Source of the DNA: Phoronis australis
Lineage: Eukaryota > Animalia > Phoronida
Direction: 5' to 3'
Assembly (NCBI GenBank): GCA_002633005.1
Contig: NMRA01000182.1
Coordinates: 665,768 to 729,767, forward strand
DNA: 64,000 nucleotides
Below the pieces are notes generated by a model that saw only the letters and a list, made by a program, of their open reading frames with translations, searched no databases and was not told the DNA's origin. The position numbers and the translations under genes are program-made. Of this stretch, positions 22,101 to 34,100 are shown piece after piece (within the stretch, counting starts at the first letter, position 1; every line of letters starts with the position of its first letter).

Positions 22101-25100
22101 TTTACTAAGTTCCTTGATAAATCTTCATGAAATGTGGTATGAATGTGTTTCAGTTGAGGAGAGTACGCCTGACGTTGATGGTGGGACGAGTCCGACTACT
22201 ATGACGTCCCCTAGAGGGAATTTAGGTTTTGTTTGCGTAATATCTGTTTCTCTACCGAGTTCCTTCATGAATTTTCACGGAATCGGCAAATAAGTTTCTG
22301 TCAAGGAGACGACGGCACATGCCTTGTTTCAGAGGATTTTGATTTACACTGCAATCCCTCAGTGATCATTATTTTTTACTTCGTGAGAGACACTTTATTT
22401 TCAACCAGTGTGACGACAACTAAATTTCGCCTCGTTGATAAAAAAATTGCGACAAATTTCCACTTTATTAGCACTAAACAATTTTATTTCTTTAGCACTT
22501 ACAGTGATCTCATTCATCGTTGCGGTGATTCGTGAATCGAGCCACCATAGATAATCGTTAAAGTCTATGAATACACGTCCTGGGTTTAGCTAAGTAATGA
22601 CAAAATATCTTTGGTAATGAAGAGGACACTTGCTATTGTTGTTGAACTCTATTACAGAACCAACTGCCGGGTTGACCGGATTTCAAGTTTAACGTCCCGT
22701 GTATTTTCGAAGTAAAAAATGCTTGCATTGCCTTTGAATGTTAAAATACTTCAATAGTCTTTGATACATATCAACCAGTCAGTTGGCCGGGCACCTAAGT
22801 GTCTTCCATGTAAAGATCAACATAATGTTTTTTAAGCACAGCCGGTTGGTAAATAAGATCCTAGATTGTGTGAGAGATTCTTGAGTTTCTGTGAGATAAG
22901 TCGACAGTACTATCTCTGTAAAGGTGGACTTCAGTTAAACATTGGTACCTTTTAATCTCTAATAACAATATTTTCGTCTTTTTGCAGGCGAGGGCACAGA
23001 ATGTCTATTATGTCACGCCACAGGGACCAGCAACGAACGGCGGGAGCACTGTGGTACGCATACGAATGTTAGTATAAACAACACATATCGATACCCATTT
23101 ATATATATTTAAGACGTAGGACTAGTTATTGTTTAACTTTGTGACGGAAGAAGGGTTTATCGCAGATTTAAGTACAGATTGTGCGCAACATGTGGGAATG
23201 TGTTTGCCTATATCTTGAACCAATGAAAAATAGATAAATATTTCCGTGTTCAAATACAGTAATGTTTGAAATCAAGGAACGTCCTGCAGTAATCTAGAAT
23301 ACCTCACACAGTGTAGTCGTGGAAATGTTCGTCATGGGTTGTGGGAATCAGAAATTACTTCAGTCATTTGTGAGAGTTATCCATTTTCTGATTCAGTAAA
23401 ATTGATTATGAACATTTACCTTATTGTAACTGATCTCAAACAATTCTTTGCTAGGATTACCATGATAGGTGGTTACTGAGCTTGGGGTGAATAGTGATAG
23501 TAGGCGTGTACCGGTCATACCATGCTCGGCGCACGGTATGCGGAGCGCGGGCTGAAAATCATAAGCAATCTCTGTCTCTGACGAACAAGTGTATAATTAC
23601 AATTTACACAAATGGGTGTTCTTTTTTCATCAGTTTTGTAAGTAGATATCATCTGGTCATAAACGCTGAGATCACAGCGTTCCGAAACCCCCGATACGTT
23701 TATACGAGAACACAAGCGACCACAACCCATATCAAAATATTTGGATATTTTTAACGGGATAGGACCGAGCTATAGCTTCAGGCATGCGCCTATTACATTA
23801 TTTCCCCCACAAATCAGAACACTTGAGCCTGCGATTGTGACCCGTCCTTTTATATGACTGATTGAAATACTCATAGAATGTCGCTTACATTGCGATGTGA
23901 TGTAACATTGCATTTNAAGAAATAAATACAAAAAAAGGTTTACTGAAACTATTTAACATCCTTTTTGGGACTGTTTCATGCAACCGGACACAGACCCCAA
24001 ACAAGTTAAGAATTTTTGAGAGACGCGAAATTAAATGCAGTTTCACGGATATACAAATATGTAATCCTCCAGTTTCAAGAGGCAAACAGTATTAAAAAAA
24101 CAAAGATTTTAGTACAAGAGGCTTACGATCACTGGCATGTAAGTAGAAAAGTGGCTTGCATTAAACGATTAACGATAAAAGTAGTTTTGAAGGAAGTCTA
24201 AACATGTACAATGCTGTATTACTAGTTCAAGGTAAGTACGCAATGACGTTATTTTAGGGTCCCGAGTATAATCTTTGTCCTCGAAATTGAGATTGAAATT
24301 ATTTTTTCTGTCGAACGTTTGTGCGAATTCAAGAAGTGTTCCTGTTATTCAGTGCACGAGGTTTAAATTTATGATTTGCATGTACGACTGCAGCATTAAA
24401 GCCGTAAGATCGAGTCGGGGCCTGAGATCTAATCTTTTTACTAGACTGAAATGGAACTCGAACTTACTTTTAAGATTTCCTGTTCTACTTTGTTACGAAG
24501 TCAAAATAAAGGTCTAGATTACTAATTCTCGAGAATTTAATTAATTAGTCAAAGAGGCTAAGAGAATCAACTCTATAGCCAACATTATGCAACTGTCTTA
24601 ATCGATAGAAAAGTGGCTTGGGGGAGTCGATTAATGGTAAAGCAGGTTTTGGTAAATCTAAACACGTTTTAGTTCGAATGATAAGAACGCAATGACATTG
24701 CCCAGAAAGAGCAAGCGAACGTCTGAAAAAAGTTCCGAACTTGGTTCTTCACCCCTAGGGCCTGGGGTATAATCTTTGAACTCGACTTTGAACTTTACAT
24801 TATCTTTCCATTTTCCGTTCTACAGTTGTGAGGAATTCAACGAGAAGCATTGTCAATCACTTTTGCAACAAAAATGTCATCAATTTCTCTATTGGAGACA
24901 TATCCCTTACAAAAATTACCTCTTTTTCGAAACACTTAAATTTTTGGTCTGAAAAACTTTAACTTAATCACGAAGACTTTTTGCAAAGACTTAAGTATTT
25001 TGGAATATTTTTGGAACAAACTTAACTTTTCATAACTTAAAGATTTCCAAAAGTTAACTTTTTGAAAAACTTAAGTTTCTAGAACTTAAGTTTTTGAAAA

Positions 25101-28100
25101 ACCCAAGTTTTTCAAAAATTTAAGGTTTCTCCAAAAACTTATTCCAAAATACTTAAGTTTTTGAATAAAACGAAGTTTCGGAAACTTTTGATAAAGTTTT
25201 TGAAACAGTCTTAAGTTCTCAAAGCTTCTGTATTTGAAAAGTTTCAATAAGACACGTATTCAGAAAATTCGTTTTTCACTAAATTGAACAGGTACAGGTG
25301 CGCATGGCAGTTGTGGTCGGACCCTATATCTGACGTGTCGTCAAATGTTTTAGCCAAGTAAACTTGCGGCTATTACAGAATATTGGGAGAGGGAGACGAA
25401 AGTAACATCACCACGAGTACAATGGGTAGCATCCCAAGTTACTCTGTCGGTTTTATAAAGTGTGCGATGGTTACCTTCTGCGCATTACCTTGAAGACAAC
25501 CCCCGTGAATAGTCCTTCTGAGAGTTCCCGTAGATGGCGTGGTTCTATGAACCACATCACCTCATTAATCGAAAAATTACCATTACTTTCGGAAAATTTG
25601 AGAAAGCCATGCTTATCTAGTCAACTCGTCCACGCACGTGCCACTCGTCAAATCTTTTTCTAGGCTGTTGTTTGAACACTGTGCGTGTTATTCGCTTTGG
25701 TAATTGCTAAGTACGTGTACTTCAAGCTGCGTAATGATGAGCCCTAGCAGAGCTAGTATATAACCAATGACAAAACTTTTACACGTAGGTACCGCCAGCT
25801 AGACCGTGATATTTAACACAGGTAGAATGATCGCCATACGAGTAAGCTCATTCACGAATTGCCGTGTTCTTCGCCTCAGTGTCCGCACGCATAGTCGTAG
25901 AGGGTGGCGTTGTGGAAACATTCTCACCGCTAATGTGGAAAGTTCACGTTCAATTTCAAATCCCCATGACACCACTGGAGCTTGGCTAAACACGGAATAA
26001 TCAATTAATTAACTTCTGAATGAGAGCTAGTTGCGCTGGCTCAGAGTTTTATTGCACGATAGAACTTCTATCAAGCGTTGCTGACCTCGCGTGGAACCGT
26101 TTGCGTTAGTTTGTTACGTGTTGTTTCTTGCCATGGAGTACATGGGTGGAATGTTTGTGTAGTACTGATAAGAAAAAGATAAGATAAACTTTCAAAGGTA
26201 CATACACAAGTTAAAAAGCAGAATCAGTTTTTTCCGGACACGTTAGAGACCTCTATAACATCACATATATAATAACCTAGTACACAACGGTATTACGCGC
26301 TTCTTGCTAAAATTAAGAGGCAGGTCCGGCCTGCCAATCAATCACAAATCTCTCACATTTTCAGATGGAAAAAACTTTCTTCGCCATTCAATCGAATAAA
26401 TAGATCTAATCTAAGGTCAAGGTAACCTGGTCACTGTACTGATTAAAACATCAGTGAATTTTGTCTTCAACTACACTACACTGGTACTGGTTACAGATTC
26501 AATCTTCATACCTCAAGCCACAGTATCTTCCTAGTTCAACCCCAATGGGGACAGCACCTGACCTGAAAGCAGCAAGAGCCCTTCGTTCCTTGTGGCTTAG
26601 GATGGAACACATATGAGTCGTCTCAAAAAGTGAGTCGCTTTTTGACAAGTAATTTCTCAGCAACTTACCAACCGAATTAGTTTAAAGTTTTACAATGTAT
26701 CTTCAGGGTGTCATTTACAAGTCTACGGCGTATCTCAGAGAAATATAAAATGTTACCGAAGTACTGTGAAATTCAGTGCAGCAGAGTGAAAACCAAGTGT
26801 CCTGTGCCTTTCATCGGGCTCATGCTGTGCTTGCATTTGTCAGTCAAAAAATTGCGTGCCTGGGTCGCAAGTCTATTGCTTTTTATTGTCAGATCTGTAT
26901 CCAAATCAGTTCTGCCCAATATGCTGGCTTAGAAGGATATCTTTGTGTGAAAATGATAAATTTACTATTAAAATTGTTTTAAAGAGAAAGAGAGGGGCGG
27001 AGGAAGAATCGTAAGGGAGTTCCCAAGGAAAAAGGCGGTGTCGTGCCACTGTAAATAGACTTATTACTAAAATAGGCAACACAGGGTCTGTTGCGCGCAA
27101 AAGTGACAACGAGAGATCCAAGATTGCATGTTTGAAAGAAAACGAGGATCGGGCTGAGGAACTGATTCGTTGCTACGACAACCAGGGGAATCTCAAATGT
27201 CGGAGAGAAGTCACAAACGATTTACAAGTGAGCAGAACTTCTGTGTAAGGAATGGCGAACAAATGGAGGTAAAACCCTTCAACAGAATGTGGGTATCACG
27301 GAGAGATCAATGTGTTAGAAGGAAAGAAAAAATCGATGCCGCTACTTGCATGACAGCTATTAAGCCACCGATGAGAAAAGAATCATTTTCACTGATGAAA
27401 GAGAGTTAATGTTAGAAACCGCTAAAAATCGCCAAAACGAAAGTGTTTTGGTAAATAAAAACGACCTTTTTGAAACACACCAGCTGGCCTTAACAAAATA
27501 AAGCTGAGCCTGATGTTTTATGAGTTTCTCAGTTTCTTAACCCTTTTTACTACAACTTTGTATTTTTTATTAAAAATCGCAAAAAGTACTAGGAAGCGGG
27601 TGCCTTTTCGTCGGCAACATCACATCATCGTTTCGCACTATAGCAAGTTATGATATAGCAAGAATGAAGTATAATAAAATCTTGTTTGAACGGAATTATT
27701 GATATTTTATGTTATCCTACAAAAATGTCATTTTCACTTCTTATTTCAAAGCCATTTTTACTCATTTTGTCGCTTTCGCAAATTTATATAAAAAATCATT
27801 GGAACATGAGTTAACTTCCACCTGTTACTGCTGATGTTGTTGATCCTATCGCAAGTAAAAAAAACTGGTGTCTTTCATAGTTTTTGTATAGTTAGTTTTT
27901 TCCATAACCCACTTAGTCAGTTTTCTGTCAATCTGTGACTCTCAGATTAAAAGGCTGTAGGTGGCGCTACTCGATTGTGCACTTATTTATTGAGCAAGAT
28001 GCCAAACAAACAAATATCATTCGTACTACTATATCAGTGACCAAGAAAACCATGTGAAGCTGTCCGTGAGAATTTTTCTTCACGGATTTTCAGTTTTGGG

Positions 28101-31100
28101 GGTGCAACAGTAAAAATCTATTATAGGATTAAATAGCTTACAAAAGTCAGTTGTAATATACAGATGAATTGCTACACCTATCACCATCTCATACTTCAGA
28201 GAAGCAGGTTTTTTTGCTTAGTGGTCAGTTTTCGAACACCGCAATGGACTAAGAATCCCACGCACTTCTTACAGTGCATGCCGGTTAATTTTGGGACCTC
28301 CTGGACAAAATCCTGGGTCTGCACTTGAAAAGGTCCGCTCCAACTATTAGCAAAGTTCATGCTAAAATTAATCAAGGTTTTTGAGAGCACAAGCGAAAAT
28401 AGATAAATGTGGGTACAAGCAGATGGATAGTGTTGTTACACCATAGACTATAGATAGGGACTGCCAACTCCCGCTAGAGGGCGTTGAGCATGTCACGGTG
28501 CAATGGACATAAGCACCAACGATAAGAGGACGCTGCACACGCAGGATAGAAAACTTCCGGTTTTTACGGAAGATTTAGTTAATGAGTAGAATTGCTAGAT
28601 TTTTGAAGTTCATAAGACTTGTAAAAATAAAATGCGTATATTGTTCTCTGTCATGTCATTTAAAACATTCACAAGATGATTCAGACATGTTATGAGTTAT
28701 TAACACCAGAAACGTCTTCAGCTGATTTTCCCGTGTTTACACATACAGTCGCATCAGCTGATTTCTTTTGCTGAAAGTAATATTAGTGTTTGTTAAATTC
28801 AGTACCGTACGAATCAGCTCGTAATCATAAGTACAAGTATTAACCAACAAAAATGAATTTGTAACAATGTTACACAAAAATATTTGTGTAATTCGCACAG
28901 CTTAGTTGTTCCAGGGGGAGGGATAAAAGCTCACTGACATTGACATATCATTTGCAAAAACTTGCTGTCACTAGTATCAGAGGCCAAAAGTACGTTGTAG
29001 GGAAACTTCTAAATATATTTATGATTATGCGAAATGGGGCTATTCGGTAAATCTGCAATAACTAGAGGGCGTGAGTGTACTAGTGGTGATAGATTAACAG
29101 CCTCGATTTCACGAGCCCTTTAAATACATGGTGAAATGGCTTGCATCCGTGCCAACTGAATCTGAGATTGCGTAAAAAGGGTGCTTCTATGAGAGGAAGT
29201 AAGCACGACCTCATACAAAGGTAAGGTTTGGGATTATTTTAACGATTATTCCATGATTATTCTACCGATACCTGTTAACTGAGGCACTCGCCGATGTCGA
29301 CTTCGCGGCAGTCAGTCGCCAGTCAGAGTCTGGTTAATCTTTGTACGTTGTGATATGTGATACAATACTTGACGTAGCAATCGAGATCTTTTCGTACATC
29401 AAAGCATTATTATTGTTTGGAATGATTTCTAAAAGTTTATCAGTGACAGTTACATCAATCAATGCTGAATGTTNGCAGTAATATGGCTTAGCGCGACGAC
29501 GTATTTTGATAAAAATCCCATCTTTTACCAGTTGTTTACATGCAGACAGCCACGCATGCGCAATTCAATCACCACTAGTACAGCAGCGACACCGCGAGGA
29601 GAATTCTCCGAATAGCCCCATTGTTTCGATACACGGCACAATCTTTATTCCATTCCGTTCGCATCCTCGGAACAAAGTTTGACACTCAACAGAACATCGG
29701 TAAAGAAACTGACCAAGAGACATGATTAAAAGACAAACGATATTTTGAAACATTCTAGTTTCATTATCAAGTGGAAACAAAATGACGCAGTAATACCACC
29801 ACAGAGTAAGAGCTAGTCAAATACCCAATGGTACAAAGCAGGTGTGGAATACTGCAAAGACTGACAAATGGAGAGGGTAACAAGAACATCGCGCAAACAA
29901 GTGCTGCATGACCCCTTTTGCTGCTCATTCAAAACAGGCTTCTCGAATGCAATCAAAAGAGACTCCAATACTCTCAATCGCAGCACACCGTGCTCTCCAT
30001 GTCGACTCAATAGCGGAGTTGCAACGCCGCCATATTAGAAATGGGTCAGAATGTTGCATTGTGGTCTTAAGCCGGTAAAAAAGTACGTCAGCAACCGTGG
30101 GGGCGAACCGGCCTCAGGGAGGTTATACGTGTTGTGTGCCTGGCATGCTATAATACCAGTTAGCGAGATAAAACATTTAGTTACTACCTGTTTCCCAAGT
30201 ATCAAGAACTGCGTTAAACATGGGTCAGAGACATCGGTAGAGCTGTTAGCAAAGGCCGACTTCGTGAATTCTTTCCGACTTCGTAGCATAAAGTATGCAG
30301 CGCTCATTTTGAGGGCGGCAAGAAAACGTATCTTGGAAACTGCCCAACAATATCTCCCTTCAAAGAAACAGTAACAAATACTCCACGGCGGTTGGTAGTG
30401 AAAAAAAAAAACTTTCACTTGACAAGAACCAAGCCAACATGAGCAATTTTGAGGACAATGCCTCTGCACAATCACCTGTTCTGGGTCAACTCACTTAACA
30501 TACGCACACTTTTTGCATTGACGCGCTAAGATAAAGCGTGCAGAATATTATTATTTACTTTCCACAAAATTGGTGTGCATTGCTATCAAAATTCGTTGTT
30601 AAATTACGATCATTTTTCATAAAAGGGCGAAATCTTGCCGACAAATGCGTAATCGTCGATAGGGCTGGAATTATTGAATAAGAATACAGCTTCGACTCAA
30701 CGAATTACCTGAAATCCTCCTCAAGTTTTCCAAATAGCTTGTCTAAGATTTTTAAGTTCTTGTGGAGTCTGGGTTAACTGCAGATTAAGTCCAAATCTGC
30801 GCTAGATTGTAGCCCGCAACACGAGAAAATCTCTGCACGAACACACATGTCGTTGTCACGTGACGTTTGTTTTGAAGTTTGTATGCGTGTTTGTGAGAGT
30901 AAGCGTGCGTGTGCTTGTCATCAGAGTTCATTTGCCAGAGTAAATGCGATGTAATGATCTAGGTGTGCATTGTATCCAAAACAATTAACTCAAGCAGTCA
31001 AGCAGAGGGTGTTTTAATATTCAGCTTAGCACTTGCTGGCCTCATCTGCTAAAAAACGTTCGAGAATTTTTTCGGTAAGACCGATATGTCACTCATTGAG

Positions 31101-34100
31101 TCGCCGGGTGAGTGGATGCGTGACCGTAGTGTAACAGCTATTTTTTTGAAGATTTGGGGTGTACATGTAAGGGTGCGAATGTATTCACTATCAGTGGGTC
31201 ATTTTGACTTTAAAAACACCAATTAAGATTAGTTAAATAATTTCTCTTAAAAATAATGCAAAAGTTTTTTACGGTATTAGAAACTTTCGGAAATTAGTGC
31301 CAATATTTGTTTGGCGATGCTATGTTACCCGTTTCATGAATAGATAGTTCCCGACTAAACGTCTTCGATGACAGCTGGTACATTATGCAGCGCGCGCTTC
31401 TTGCCCGCGTGCTAACACAGGTCGAGTTTTTTATCAGTCTTCGATTCACGGTTTTCACGTGTAAAAAGAAGTTTGGATTCCTGTTGAGGCCGCAGAAGAT
31501 CTGTACCGGAAAGAAACAATGCAATGCGGGTGACAAGTACGCTGCGTCTGTTTTCAAAGTCCAGACCCGCGTAGTGGGGCACAACCCTCGCAAGAGCAGC
31601 AAAACGTCTGCGTTCTTTTTGAATCGCGACGTAAGTTTGAAGTGTATACGGACATAACGGTGAGGCTCGTGGTCTGCGAATTCAGGACCGTCGGATCTTT
31701 CAATTGATAAATTGGAGACGTTAGAACTGCAGGTAAGGGCATTTTTCGCATGTAGTTCATGGGCTGGGCGCTTTCTTTTGCAAAGTCTGAAAACGTGTTG
31801 GGGCATGAGCACTTATTAGGGCGAATAGCGGCAGAATTACATACAGCAGCGTAGTTTAATGCACATAAATCACACGTCATCCAAACCAATCGGCCATTCC
31901 ATATACCCTAATCAATCCCAATAGCCTTTGCGCACCCTAATTTCCGGACATGCGCAATCGTTAAATCGATTCGGTTACAACTCCGCTATTGACGTGTTCT
32001 TCACAGTTTTTTACAAGTGATACATATAGATTATTACATGGCGAAGTCGTTATCCCCGTTATCTAGAGCCCGAGTGGATTTTGGAGAATTATCGCCCGAG
32101 GGGAGTTAGCCCCGAGGGTGATAAATTCTCCAAAATCCACAAGGGCTCTAGATAAGGGGATAATGGCTGAGAACATGTAACAATCTATTTATACCACATA
32201 CTAAACGAGAAACATTGCAATGAATCGATTTACCTTTTCTGACTCTCCACGGCTTTGTAACTACTTTCTGTGTCAGAGGCCCGGGGTCGGAGGTCGTTAC
32301 CTTCTAAGAAAAGCCGGGCTATTTTTGTCAAATAATGCTTTTACTCAAAACCAATTGAAAACTTAAATATAATAGAAATAAATTGAATTTATAAATTAAG
32401 GTTTACCAACTATTATAGCTTAAAACACGTTTTTTTCACGCTAAGCTTCGACCGGGAGATTATCGTCTGCTAAAGTAGGTTACCACTGGTAACGGAATAT
32501 AATTCTCAAGTCAAAGATCCTGAAGACACGATACCCGCATTCAAAATGGAGATTGGTGATTTACCAGTAAGAGGACATGAGAGAAAAATTTCACTGAATT
32601 AAGATATCATTTTTATGGAAATTATGTGTCTTATTTTTTGTAGTGTATAAGTACAGTACAATGCGGTTTGTTGAACATGCGATTATTGCGCGTGCTCATT
32701 TAAGTATTCTATTTTCATTGTTGATGACGTCAGTCGCTGCATGGCGACCAGCAATTCCAGGGTCCCGGGTTCGACTCCGTCCTTGGTTTCCCGCCAAATC
32801 GTTATCTCACTAGTGAGATAACTTCATGGGTTATTACTCGGTTGTATCTGCCATTTGACGCTAATATTGTGGTATAATTACGATTATGAAAAAAGTCATG
32901 CTCATTTTAGAGAAATGGACATTACGTCTTAAAAGACCTAATGTCCATTTCTCACTTTCCGTGTCTGAGCATCCTCTAAATAAAAAGGATAGGTTGTAAA
33001 TATCACAAACACATAGAATATTTGTAAACTAATATGGAACTAAGAGTTTTATCTGAAACGTGATTTTTCAGAGTGAAATCNCCCCCCCCCCCCCCCAACA
33101 CAAAATCCTGGATCCCCCTGGATATACATATCATTAATATCAGATCAGTAACGGCCATTGTTGAAAGTTTATTCCCTTCTATACCTTATAGTATAAGTCA
33201 CAAGAATTTACCGGTGAGTGAAAAATTTGTCAAGTGCTCCCAGTACTTCGATTTTTTGTTGAAACGGATATCAACAGAAAGAAGAAAGTTTAAATAATTC
33301 GCTGGCATACTTTTCATTTTCCACCACTTTGCATGCCAATAGATAAGAGCTTCTGAAAATCATGAAAAATGGCAGAATTTCGCTCTTGCAAAATTTTGGC
33401 CATATTAGTTTGATATGGCTCATATATTGTAGGCGTAGTGACGAATGAGAAACTACTACATTTAGGTGGAGCCAAAATTCCTACAAAATCACAAAATTCA
33501 AACTAAAGTTCATCGTTAGCGACTGAGAATTCAACTAAATGAACAAAAATATTCAATTAACTCGACTTTTTCAATGGGACAAACTCCTCGATTCTTGTAT
33601 TGAACTGTGCCAGCATTCGGGCCGATCAACAACAACTTGTCAAGTTGAAGGAGCATGCCACACAAAAAACAGCCTATTAATTTATATCAATTTAGACCGA
33701 GTAGATCTACTCCATAACGACACGTACGGTTGCGTTACCTGACACCTGACGGCAGACGGAGGTGTTGAAATTATCCAATGACGTCATCGGTTTCACTCGC
33801 AGTCTGTTCAGCAGTTCACAACACGGGTTACTGGTGTCAGCTTATCGCTTAAAGTCATCGTTTAACACCAATAAATCATCAAACTTCGATGTAAAACCCT
33901 TAAACACACACCGAATTCTTATGAAAACGTGTTTTATTTCGCTCTTACGGATTTATTGGTATTTGGACACACCGTAGCCTATAGTTTTCCAGGCCAATAA
34001 GGTCCGTAGCAGGAGTTTAGGGTCGGAATAGATAATTTCGAAGTATTTTTCTTGAGATACAGACAGGAGAACCTAGATCTGTATTGTTTAGACTTGTGAT

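Noticed and set aside
28441-28490. CATAGAC P-element-like terminus and CTCF-like CCGCTAGAGGGCG motif
   Set aside because: No partner terminus found; a single short motif is not enough evidence.
32740-32790. tRNA-like GGTTCGACTCC B-box
   Set aside because: No convincing A-box or cloverleaf; at most a SINE scrap.
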